From the human T2T-CHM13v2.0 reference genome, Homo sapiens, in the NCBI RefSeq assembly GCF_009914755.1, contig NC_060928.1: 64,000 bases of DNA. One strand, written 5' to 3'. The notes under the pieces were generated by a model. The model did not search any database. It had not been told where the DNA came from and worked only from the letters and a program-made list of their open reading frames with translations. Positions 41,130 to 54,123 of this stretch are shown here, piece by piece; position 1 is the stretch's first letter, and every line of letters starts with the position of its first letter. Both the position numbers and the translations under genes were made by a program.

Positions 41130-41219
41130 CACACACATACACAAAACCACTCATATGTATGTATGTATGTATGTATGTGTGTGTGTGTGTGTATACACAC
41201 ACACACACACACATACACA
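41130..41219. repeat. Compound microsatellite (CA)n-(TATG)n-(TG)8-TATA-(CA)9
   Basis: Read directly. Confidence 0.95.
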
Positions 41220-42907
41220 GACAATATGTCAATGTTTCCTCCAGTGGAGGGCGGAGGGGCTTGGATTCCAGGTGATTGGTCATGTTTCTTAGAAAGAAAT
41301 AACCTTCATATAGAAAGAAACAATGCTTCTGGCTAAAAACCTTGCCTAAAACATGACATACAGCTATTCCTTCATTCCAAACTTGAGTTAAACAAGCAAT
41401 GTTTCAATGTATAATTAAGCTGTCATTAGCTGGCAAACAGGCTGGCCTAACAAACCTGGACACATTGCCTGATCCAGGAGTAGGCATATGATCCGTTCAG
41501 AATCTTCGGGAGAGATTATATGATTCTGATGGATACCATGTCAGGCTTATTCTGAGATCTTTGTGAAAAGATCTCAGGTATTATTCTGAGATCCAGGTTA
41601 AATCCGGATCTACAAGATGGGTATTGTTGCTCCAGCATAAAAAAATGACTACAGGGCAGTGAAGCCACCTAAGAGGAAAGCATCACAGAGAGGTAAAGAC
41701 AAGAAAAACATTGATGTTTGTGTATGTGCTTAAAGTCAAATCTAACCCTTGCACTTTCACTTACAAGACAAAGTATTTTTGGCAGGATTTAAGCTATTTT
41801 CTATCAAAAGACATGATTTGTGCTTCTATGTCCACCAGTGATCTGTGAGATCGAAAACTGTGATTCCATTTTCTCACCTACATTTTATAGATATAATGCT
41901 TATAAACAAACTCAAGGATAGATCTACAGAGGTAAACATGTCCATACACATATATTTTATATAAATTAACCCAAAATAAAAAGTAGAAACAGAAGTCCTC
42001 TGGTATAGCCGACTTACAGAACTACATTATTTAAAAAAACAGATATAGTTCAGAAACCACATATATTTGAAGAAACAAAGAAAAGAGCATTTCAGTGTTG
42101 GGTGTTACTGCAGCATGCAATATTACATCACTAAAACAATGAAAAGCAATCCTTGCCCTCAAGGCTTAAAAAATATTAGCAGAGACCAAAAAGTCTATCA
42201 GATGAGAATGAATGTCATTCCATCTTCGGTAATGACAATAAAATTTTTGTTTTTATTTTTTCCTTTAAATTTTCTTCCCCCAAAAGCTATCTATAAAAGG
42301 ACTAGGGAGCAGGATTCACTTGTTGTTGTCATCTGGCATAAAACAAGGGAACCCTTCCAGGCATACCGAGTACCAGTGAATAAGCCTCCAAGATGGGAAT
42401 AACAAATGAAGAAAAAGGCAAAGAGCTTGGTACTACGGCTGCACAAAGGTTCAAAACTAAGAGCAATAAAATTTTATGCAGAAACAAGAAAAATCTGAAG
42501 AGTCAAATGGTAGAGTGCAAGTGCCAAGAGAAAGGTGTTTTTAATAGCAGTACTCTGTGAAGAAAGAGGAAAAACAAGCCGACCAAAAAGGTGGCTGTTG
42601 CAACAGAGGATGTCTTCACTGCAAAGACCATTTATAGTCATTTTCCCTACAGAAGGTTGGCCCTTTCCCTCAACTCCAATTAAGAATAAGAAATCCTTGT
42701 TTCATTTGTCCTTTAACACTTCTGCCCCAGAACCCTTGTCAAATGAGCTCTTTTGAACATATTTAGGCTTTCTGGTTAAATGTTAGAGAAATAACAGTCA
42801 CTCTCTTCACATAGCAATTTTTTCTATGCCAACAAAAACATGCCTAATCTTACCCATAAAAAATAGATAGCACAGTCTATTCGAAAATGCATGAAAATCA
42901 CTACCGC

Positions 42908-43536
<629 letters not shown>

Positions 43537-44532
43537 ACTGTGAAAAAAAGGTAATATTTAGTTAATATCACAATTTTGAAGAGACATAAAAATAGACACA
43601 AAAATATCTTACTGTAGAATAATATTTACTGTTGCTGTTTTTTGCTACACTCAGCATATATATGTGTGTATATATGTATCAATGTATTTAATTAATGAGA
43701 ACAGCATTAAAATAAGTAAAAATAGAGCATGTATTTCTCATTAGAGCACTAAAATCTTCACACTTCAGCCATTTCATCTTCTGGGAAATAAATGCACTGG
43801 GCTAACATGTAGTCTTTAGGGTCCCTTGAAGGGCCCACATTTGACAGTTCTAGTATTCCTATTGCTCCATTCCTCCCTTGCTTGCCCTCTAACTTGCCTG
43901 CCCCATTTCCTCCATGCCTGAACTGAACACCTGTAGGTGTTCCTCAAATAGAGCGAAACTATAAAATGCTACTAATCTAATGAATTGTTTTTAAAATACT
44001 CAACTGTGCTACTATAGGGCTTTGGGGAAGGCAATTATTTTAAAGACTAAAATTTGGATTTATTCAGCGACTCTTATGGAAGGAATCTGAAATACTTCAA
44101 CAAGCTAAGGTTAACTGTGTACGTGTGATGAGTGTTACTTGCTCCCTCTTCAGTCAAGGATGGACTGATTAACCCACTTCCCAATGTAATGAGGAGTAAA
44201 TGGCGTCAGAATATATTTCTGAATGCCTTCTATCCCTGCTCAAATCAGGAATCCAATTTCCCTGATCAAAAATCCTATTTTAACCTAAATAATCTCTCAG
44301 ATGTTGAAACCATTAGGTTAAGAGTCTATGCTTTCATATATAAGCCACCCTTTCTCTTTGAGGTAGGGAAATATTTAATAACAGTAATTATATCAGCAAA
44401 TACTTATATAGCACTTAGTATGTGTCTAACCTTCTAACTACTGTATGCATATATTAATTCATTTAATCCCCATAACAACTCTATAGGTAGCTGCTATTAC
44501 CGTGTTTTAATGACAAGAAAATGGAGGCACAA

Positions 44533-44800
44533 GGCCGGGCATGGTGGCTCATGCCTCCCAGCACTTTGGGAGGCCAAGGCAGGCAGATCACTTGAGGTCA
44601 GGAGTTCAAGATCAGCCAGGCTGGCCAACATGGTGAAACCTGGTCTCTACTAACAACACAAAAATTAGCCAGGAGTGGTGGCACACACTTGTAATCCCAG
44701 CTACTCAGAAGGCTGAGGCACAAGAATCACTTGAACCTGGGAGGCAGAGGTTGCAGTGAGATCGCACCACTGCACTCCAGCCTGGGTGACAGAGTGAGAC
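44533..44800 (+). mobile_element. AluS
   Basis: Dimeric Alu with its tail converted to GAAA/GGAA repeats; TSD-like GAGGCACA on both sides. Confidence 0.93.
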
Positions 44801-44947
44801 AAAAGAAAGAAAGAAAAGAAAAGAAAGGAAGGGAAGGAAGGGAAGGAAGGGAGGGAGGAAGGAAGGAAGGAAGGAAGGAAGGAAGGAAGGAAGGAAGGAA
44901 GGAAGGAAGGAAGGAAGGAAAGGAGGGAAGGGAGGGAGGGAAGGAAA
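44801..44947 (+). repeat. GAAA/GGAA microsatellite with 16 consecutive GGAA units (44857-44920)
   Basis: Counted directly. Confidence 0.96.
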
Positions 44948-45684
44948 CGAAACAGAGGCACATAATTAACTTGACCATGGCAACAGGGCAAATAAGCAGC
45001 AGAGCCAGGATTCAATGCAGGTAGTCTGGCTCCAGACCACTCCACCATATGCAACTAAAGGTAAGGAGCACATAGAAACTCCATTTCTCCCCACTGTTCC
45101 AGTTCCCTTTTGCTATTTCATTCTTTTGACTGCTTTTACTGAGTACTCACTAAATGCAGCTAAACGAACAAAGTATGTGCCTGGAACTAAATTCACTAAC
45201 TTAAAGAAAATCAAGCAGCCATGCACAAACAGAAGAACATTTAAAAAAAATTAAAATACTTAGAATCCTATCCAGTGTAATGATGCGAATTTATTTAACA
45301 ATTCTTGGTCCAGTTTTTGTCCATTTGGTATTCCATATCTCCCTGCCTCCCTCAGTGTAACTCTTCACTTGAAGGAAAGAATGGAACAACAAAAAAAAAA
45401 AAGACAATAAACTTTGGGGGCACTTTCATTCCCTACTGCCAAGTGAGGTAAGAACAATGAAGAAGTTCAGTCTTGCAAAAAAGGAAATTATTTTTTATGC
45501 CATCAGGAGCCAATTACCGACACAAGACTAAGTATAAGCCCGGAATTTCTTCCATCTTTGACTCTCATTTGGCATCATTTTCAATATATGATTTACAAGT
45601 TGAAATGTTCTCTTCAGTGTTAAGAAGCTGGAACAGAACACAAAGATACTCTACTCCTATAAAACTAGTGCATGTTAAAGCATG

Positions 45685-46072
45685 GCCAAACTTAAGAATC
45701 ACTTGGGATGCTTGAAAAACAACAATAACAATACTAAGGTCTCATTTAGAGAATCTAATTTTTTTTAAAGGGGGAGGAAAGGAAAAAGATGCTGGAGGCT
45801 TACCTAGATAGTCTAATTTAATTGTTCAGGGACAGTGCTGGGCATTGGTAGCTTTAAAAGTTTTCCAAGTGATTGTAATGTGTGACCATGCTTGCAAGGC
45901 TGTTTAAATGCAACCCAAACCTTCTCAAACTTTAATATACATATAAATCACCTAAAGACCTAATTTAAAATGCAGATTCTGATTCAAAAGGTAGGGCCTG
46001 AAATTCTGTATTTCTACCATGCTTCCAGGCAATGCTGATGCTACTGTTATGTGGACCACACTTTTGAGTAGC
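45685..46072. mobile_element. Two adjacent MER5-type hAT-Charlie remnants
   Basis: AGAATCACTTGGGATGCTT...TTCCAAGTGATTGTAATGTG and AATCACCT...AAAATGCAGATTCTGATTCA...GGACCACACTTTTGAGTAGCA. Confidence 0.7.
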
Positions 46073-46576
46073 ACTGTTCTATACATTCCTTAACAAATCA
46101 TAATTACTAAAGGTAAGGAATGGAAAAGATACCACAAGTCAAAGCAATGTGGAATATTTCATTTTTATGTAAAAGAGGTAACTGTTTTCAACAAGCAACT
46201 GGAACCCACAATAAATGATTACAGAACACAGGGCTACTGTTAACTAAATGAGTTAATATGCATAAAATATGAGGGACTGTTCCTAACCCAGAGTCAGTAC
46301 TCAATAAATATTAGTTATTGCATTGATCTTTTTTTAACAAATGAGTGGCAAATGACGGCTAACCATATCAAGAAAACTCAATGCAGATATATAACTTATG
46401 TTGTAGAAAAAATATGGCTTCTACTGCTCACAGTCTTCATATTGTGTCATGCTCTTTTATACCTTAGGCCATCAGGTACAGAATTCTAAACACTAGCCTC
46501 ACAGTTAAAATGTGCGCATTCATTAACATGATGTCTGGGATCGGCTTTAAAATACTTTGGCAAAGAAAAAAGAAGA

Positions 46577-46839
46577 GTAATCCTAGCACTTTGGGGGGCT
46601 GAGGTTAGGCGGATCACTTGAGGTCAGGAGTTCGAGACCAGCCTGACCAACATGGCAAAACCCTATCTCTAATAAAAATAAAAACATTAGCCAGGTGGGG
46701 TCGCATGTGCCTGTAGTCCCAGCTACTCAGAAGGCTGAAGCAGAATTACTTGAACCGAGGAGGCAGAGGTTGCAGTGAGCCGAGACTGCACCAATGCACG
46801 CCAGCATGGGCGACAGAGTGAGACTCTGTCTCCAAAAAA
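46577..46839 (+). mobile_element. AluS, 5'-truncated
   Basis: Alu body from GTAATCCTAGCACTTTGGG to a short A tail. Confidence 0.9.
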
Positions 46840-49800
46840 GGAAGGAGGGAATAAAGGAAATGTAATAAAATCTCCATAAGTAATCTATGGGATAGGTATA
46901 TGTGGGTTAACTGTCCTCCTAACTCCTACATATATCTGACATTTTTTCAAAATAATTTTTAAATGTTCTGTTTTTCAATTCCAGCTTGATCACTTACTAG
47001 CTCTCTGATCATGAGAAAATTATTTAGCATCTTTGATTCACAGACTTCAGAACAGATTTCCATATTAACCTCCTCACAGGATTACCTTAGGGATTAAAAG
47101 AAACAGTAAAAATAACTGACACCAAGTAGGTCACATCATAATGATAAATTTAATTTTAATCCAAATAGCTCCAATTTTAAGAGAAGCAAAAAGAATGGTA
47201 ATGTGTTTCTAAAATGCAAACAGGTGAATCTTAAAGACTGAAGAGTGCCATCTTCTTGCCATTTCAGCTTTTTCTACTGCCTCTTAACATTCTAGACTAG
47301 ATTCCATCACAAACAGCAACAGGTAGCATTTAATGAAGTCTCCAAAATGCCGTGTCCTGAAATAAATGCATCAAAATGTTTCTTGCATGACAACACAAAT
47401 CAACTAAGGGTAGCCTACAGACAAACACCACTTCTAGCTGCTATACTATTCTCTGGTCTACAAGTAACATAAGCTTTTCCTCCCACTCACTCCCTTCATT
47501 TACAAACATCTCTGAACAAGTAGCTGGGGATAACAATTCAAGAGAAAAGAAACCTCTTAAATATAGGCTAAATAATCAAAAGCAAAAGATCCCTTCTGGG
47601 GCTAGCTCTTCACAGGACAGAAGTTCAAATATGAATAGGCAGTATCTATCTGCCTATTCTGAGGCATAACTACAAAAGCATTTTAAAATATACATTATTG
47701 TGATAATTCCACCATTCTTGAAATAAACCAAATCACTCACAAAATCTCACTGTCGGAAACCTTGTGAAGAAGAAAAGAGGTAGACTTTCATCCATGTGGT
47801 CACAATATACAGCTCAGCATAAGAGTGAAAGGGAAATAATTATTTAAAATAGTGAATGTACAGAAAATAATTTACGCACATTTCCATTTTTTAAGAATAT
47901 GGAGAACAGTCTTACTTCTGTCCAAGACAATTGAAGTCTAATCAAATATTGTGACTGAACCAAATATTGTGACTGAATGGGATTCCAGTTTGCCTCTCTT
48001 CCATAAGAAAAAATTCTAAAACCTGGAATCTACTACAAATATGTTAACCTCTCTCATTAGCTCAAGGAAGAACAAAAACAGTGAACTTAGAAGCTGTATT
48101 TACTAGGGGAATTCCCAAAAGAAGAGCTCTCATAATCTTCTACTTTAAAATTTCACTCATAAGACACAAATTAAATCCACATTTGTGGGAGAAAAAAAAA
48201 AAAGACAAACAAAAAATCCAAGCATGTTTCTTACATATTTTCTCACTTGGTTCCCATGTACTACCACTGGAATGTTTAATCACTGGTTATTTTACTTTGA
48301 TATTCCTATTTGAATACAGACTTACCTGATATTTTTTCTATACTTATAACATTCAAATTAGCTGTATATGTATTATAAATGTTGGGCATAATGACAACTC
48401 AGCATCAATTTCCTTATAAAGTAGAGGTTATTTCAGGCTAGCTTCAGAACTGAAATAAACACACACAGCAGGAAAGTTGTAATGCATATTTTGTTTTTTC
48501 AGGCCATGAAAACCCTTACATTTCAATAAATATATATTAACAAAATGAGAACTGTCAACAAAACACTCTAGTTGTATGAACGTTACTCAAATTTTTCATC
48601 TACATGGTACTGGACACCTTTCATAAACAACAACCAAAAAAAATATATTTGAAGTTCAGGGTCCACAAAAATATCACCAGGGAAAAAAAGAAGAAAAAGA
48701 AAATATGAACCTAAGCTGATTCCAGCAGGAAGAAATTTTCCCACATGCAGAGGTATTCACCATGAAGCAAGAGATGGTAAGAGGCCTCCGTGTGAAATTG
48801 GAGCTCCCCGAATTTACAGACCCAGGAAATCAGGGCAGGGTGTTAAATCTTCTCTTACACCTAAACCTATGACCTGCAACTACCTCAACCACAGAATTTC
48901 TCAAAGTGAATCAAACAAGGTTCAGTTGGATTCAAAATGCGTTTATGAATCACAAGAACAAACAACTGTCTCCAATCACCTGCCTCAGGAGAAGCACTAA
49001 AATTCTCAATCACCATCTTTTCTTTCAAACAATTTAAGAATTGTATAACTAGGCTAACCCTAAACATTCATCATAGTACAAGAATAGTTAAAAGTAGTAA
49101 ATGAAAAATTCTGATCTCAAAACAATTCACATTTGCATCTAAAATGTTACAATGAAACCACATAACTCCCTCCTCAAAATGTTTCATGTGACGTCTCCTT
49201 GAAGTGGCTTTCACTTTAGCTATGTGTGGCTTCCTTTATTTGCTTCAGCAACAAAAATATGAAAATGAATACAGGCATACCTCACTTATTGTGTTTTGCC
49301 TCACTGCACTTTGCAGGTATTACATTTTTTACAAATTGAAGATTTATAGCAATTCTGTCACAAGCAAGTCTAGCGGTGCCATTTTTCCATCAGCATGTGC
49401 TCACTTTGTGTCTCTTGTGACATTTTGGTAATTCTCACAATATTTCAAACTTTTTCATTATTATTGTATGTTATGGTAATCTGTGATCCATGGTTTTGTA
49501 TGTTACTATTGTAATTGTTTTAAAGCACCTCATGTCACACCGATATAAGACAACAAATTTAACAAATAAATGTGTGTACTCTGACTGCTGTGCTGACCAG
49601 TCATTTACCCATCTCTCTCTGTCTCTCCTTGGGCCTCCCTACTCCCTGAGACAAAATAATATTGAAAATGAGGCTTATTAATAACCCTAAAATGGTCTCT
49701 AACTGTTCAAGTGAAAAGTTGCACATGTTTCACTTTAAATCAAAAGGTAGAAATGATTAAGTTTATCATGCAAGGCATATCAAAAGTGGAGACAGGCCCA

Positions 49801-50373
49801 AAGCTAGGCCTCTTGCGCCAAACATCCAAGTTGTGAATGCAAAGGAAAAGTTCTTCAAAGAAATTAAAGGTGCTACCTAGTGAACACACAAATGATAAGA
49901 AAGCTAAAGAGCCTAATGCCAATATAAGAAAAGTTTTTGTGGTCTGGATAGATCAAACCAATCACAAAATTCTCTTAAGCCAACACCTAATCAGCAGCCA
50001 AGACCCTAACTCTCTTCAATTCCATGAAGGCTGAGAGAGGTGAGGAAGCTGCAGAGAAAAAGTTGGAAATTAGCAGAAGTTGGTTCATGACATTTAAGGC
50101 AAAAAGCCATCTCCACAACATAAAAATGCAAAGTGAAGCAGCAAATTTTAATGTAGAAGCTACAGCAAGTTATCCAGGAGACCTTGCTTAAGATCATTAA
50201 TGAAGGCGGCTACACTCAATAACAAATTTTCAATAGGGATGAAACAGCCTTCTATTGGAAGAAGATGCTGCCTAGGACTTTCACAGCTAGAGAGGGGAAG
50301 TGAACTCTTGGCTTCAAATTTCAAAGGACAGGCTGACTCTCTTTTTAGGGGTTAATGCAGCTGGTAACTTAAG

Positions 50374-50676
50374 TTGAGGCCCATGCTCATTTACCATTCT
50401 GAAAATCCTAAAGCCCTTAAGAATTATGCTAAATCTACTCTGCCTGTGCTCCGTAAGTGGAACAACAAAGCCTGGATAACAGCACATCTGTTTACAGCAT
50501 TGTTATTGTTTGCTGAATATTTTAAGCTCTTGGCTGAGATTGAGATTTACTGCTCAGGGAAAAAAAAAAAATCCTTTCAAAATATTACTGCTCTTTGCAA
50601 TGCACCTAGTCATCCAAGAGCTCTGATCTTGTACACAGCACCCATTCTGCAGTCCATGGATCAAGGAGTAATTTAA
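50374..50676 (+). pseudogene. Decayed Tigger1 transposase fragment (DDE_1 domain region)
   Basis: ORF peptide [35 protein letters not shown] and [10 protein letters not shown] is TIGD1/Tigger1-like, surrounded by frameshifts and stops. Confidence 0.85.
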
Positions 50677-50998
50677 ACTTTCAAATTGTACTATTTAAGA
50701 AATATATCTCATAAGACTGTCACTGCCATACATAGTGATTCCTCTAACAGATGTGGACAAAGTACATTGAAAACCTTCTGGAAAGGATTCACCATTCTAG
50801 ATGCCATTAAGCACATTCATGATTAATGAAAGAGGTCAAAATATCCACATTAACAAGAGTTTGAAATAAACTGACTTTAAGGAATTTAAGCCTTCAGAGG
50901 AGGGAGTAACTGCATATGTGGTAGAAATATCAAGAGAACTAGAATTAAAAGTGAATCCTGAAGATAGGACTGACTTGGTGCAATCCCATGATAAAATT

Positions 50999-51111
50999 TT
51001 AATGGATAAGGAGTTGCTTCTCAAGGATGAGCAAAGAAGATAGTTTCTTTAGAATCTAAAAAATCTACTTTCTTTGCTCATCCTTGAGAAGCAACTCAAA
51101 GGATTTCCAAT
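50999..51111 (-). ncRNA. MIR1255A: pre-miR-1255a hairpin (Tigger1-derived); mature 5p arm at 51062-51084
   Basis: Reverse complement of 51062-51084 is AGGATGAGCAAAGAAAGTAGATT, matching hsa-miR-1255a as remembered. Perfect 28-bp inverted repeat at 51011-51038 / 51070-51097, with the stem continuing almost to a 1-nt loop at 51054. Confidence 0.93.
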
Positions 51112-52119
51112 ACTACATACATTTAGCTGATAAAGCAACAGCCACCCCAAGACACTGACAGTTCAGATGATCATTAGCACAACGGTTATGTATTTTTTAA
51201 GTGAAGTATGTACATTGCTTTTTTAAACATAATGCTATTGCACACTTAACAGACTACAGTATAGTGTAAACATAACTTTAACATGCATTGTGAAACCAAA
51301 AAATTTGTGTGACTAGCTTTCCTGTGATATTCGCTCTATTGTGGCAGTCTGGAATATCTCCAAACCGACAATATCTCCAAAATATGCCTGTATAAAGCCA
51401 CAATATCTCTAAAATATGCCTGTATAAAAAGGCAACGTCTACAAAAAAAGGCTAACAGTGTACAATAACTAGCACTACACTTTTTTTTCATAGCCTTAAC
51501 CTAGGGGAAAAACTTAAGGTCCAATTAAAATGACTTTTTTATGGATCTCATAGTTGGTACTTCTTTTTATGTTTTGGATCGTTTGTGTTATAACACCATA
51601 ATAAGGTCAATAATGCCAAGAAAAGCATAATTTATGGTCCAGTCCCATTGTTGTGGGCCTCAACTACATATTTCTACAAAGAAGACAAAAATATCTGCCC
51701 CACGAAAAGTATTAGATTTTTCTCCCACAGAAAATGCCACAGATGTTCAGCCAAAATGATTTCCAGGAGCAATGATATTTTATATAAAAAGAAATCCCTA
51801 ATAACAAGTATTTTCTATCAATTCACTGACACCATCTAATATATTTGGCCTCATCTTGCCCTGAAGTTAGTGTTATGGTGGTAAAAGCCCAGGATCTGAG
51901 TCACGACTTGGAGTCCAAATACCTGATCTACCACTTACTCACTAGGAAACTTTGCATAAGGTACTTAAAATGAGGTAATATACATGCAAGGCATGGATAT
52001 TAATGTCATTAAAATTTTTAGAATAGAAGGGAGGACAGGAAGTACTTTGCTTCATTATTCTTGTATAATAAACAGAAATATCTTCCCCAGTCAATTTTTT
52101 TGTTGTAAAAAAACAAATG

Positions 52120-53280
52120 AAGAATAATGTGCCAGGCATTGCACTAAGCACTGGAGAGATCAACTGGATAAGACCCTGCCCCTCAGAGATTTCTCAGTTA
52201 ATGAAGAAAAAATGTTGCCAACATTTGTGATCCATCGTGCGTACAACAGACAAGTAGCAGCACAGACAGCTGGTAAGGGTTTCAGAGAAGTTTCACACAG
52301 GAGAGACAGATTAAAAGTGTTCCATGCAGAGGTAAAGCAAATGAAAAGCATGGAAGGTGTGCTTCAGGTTTTTAAGTCCTTCAGCTCAATCAACTTTTAT
52401 TATATGCCAAACACAGATAAACAATCAGAATACACATATAAATAAAAAATGTTCTCAGCTCCCAAAAATTTATATTCAAATAAATTGGAGACTTAAAATA
52501 AGTTCAGTACAATGTAACATATGCTATATTATAAATATTTTCAGAATTCATGTGATAGGGTCAAATTCCGTAATATACAGAGTTCCTGCAAACCAGTAAA
52601 AAAAGGGATCAACCACCAAGTAGGTATCGGCATAATCAAGTGTTCGTTTTAGAAAAATAATCCTAGTGCCAATGTGACAAAACATATGTGTATGCAAGAG
52701 AAAAAGGTTGAAAGCAGAGACACTGATGTTGGGAGGCTCCTGCAGCACTAGGTTAGAAGTATTTAAAAGACTTGAACTGAGAGGTATGTTTAATTGACTG
52801 GGATGGGTGGTGGTGACATCACCAAGCATAGGAAACACAGGAGAACAGACATCCAACTGTATTTTCACCATACCCATCCACAGCAACTGTTGTATATAGG
52901 GTTTGAGAGACAGCTCAAGAGAAAAGTCTAGGTTTCAAATACAGATGTGCCAGTGATCAGCCTACAGGCATTAATCAATCCTGTAAGTGTAAGGACATGA
53001 GACTGCCTAGAGAAAGGTATAAAGGAATGAGGGAACATCAACATTTAGGATTCAGTCAAGATGAGATAGCAAAAAGTCAAAAAAGAAGAAATTCATGAAA
53101 GCCAATGAGGACAACCTTTCGAGAAAAACAAGGTGACACCTGTCAAATATCACAGAAACCAGCCATTGGACAGCCACTGCCAACCTGCCTCCATGGAATG
53201 GTAGGGCCCCCCAAATGACTGTACAACGGATTTGACAGTGGATAGGAGGTGAGGAAGTGTATTACTTTAATGAAAATTAC
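52120..53280 (-). mobile_element. L2 fragments
   Basis: ATGTGCCAGGCATTGCACTAAGCACTGGAGA..CCCTGCCCTCAGAG, then degenerate purine-rich L2-like sequence. Confidence 0.6.
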
Positions 53281-53334
53281 TACTACTTCTACAAGTAAAA
53301 AGCATGTCTTTCAAAGGAGCTGTCCAGCAGCAAA

Positions 53335-53590
53335 ATTACAATACCTAACATATATTGGGAACACTTTCTGTGCAGGCACTAAGGCTAGACATTTTACATA
53401 ATATTCCTCTCGTCGTTACAACAACCTTAAAAAATTAGTATCGTTTCCAAATTTCTGTAAGAAAAATGGGTTCAAGATGGTTACATGACTTGCCCATGGA
53501 CACACAGTTGGCATATGGAGGACAGAGGATTTAAATACAGATTTTGTCTAGCTGTAAACCAATGCTCTTTCCACACTGTGATGCTGTCTC
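53335..53590 (-). mobile_element. MIR
   Basis: GACTTGCCCATGGACACACAG...GGATTTAAATACAG..ATGCTCTTTCCAC. Confidence 0.65.
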
Positions 53591-53796
53591 CCCATCACTG
53601 GAAGTATGTGGAGGGAGGCAGAGTGAAGAGTGGCTTGTTAACCATCTAACAGAAATATCTTTTCTTTTTGAAAGACAGCTTAACTAGCTTACGTCTGAGC
53701 CCTCTTCCACCTTCAAAAGTCTATGATTCTATCTCATATACCCTGCTCACAAATGAGTTACAATAGCTGCAGAATTTCAAATATAATGCCATCTTC

Positions 53797-54123
<327 letters not shown>

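Larger units (their letters stand above)
44378..45050 (-). mobile_element. MIR, split by an Alu
   Basis: ATTCATTTAATCCCCATAACAACTCTAT...GAGGCACA | TAACTTG..CAGAGCCAGGATTCAA..CTGGCTCCAGA. Confidence 0.75.
49272..51390 (+). mobile_element. Tigger1 (pogo/TcMar) DNA transposon, near full length with a 3' internal deletion and a fold-back
   Basis: TA|CAGGCATACCTC left TIR and ATATGCCTG|TA right TIR. Transposase remnants include GATGAAACAGCCTTCTATTGGAAGAAGATG (DETAFYWKKM). Confidence 0.95.

Noticed and set aside
49272-51390. Domesticated or active Tigger transposase gene
   Set aside because: The reading frame is broken by multiple stops and frameshifts, an internal inversion and a 3' deletion.
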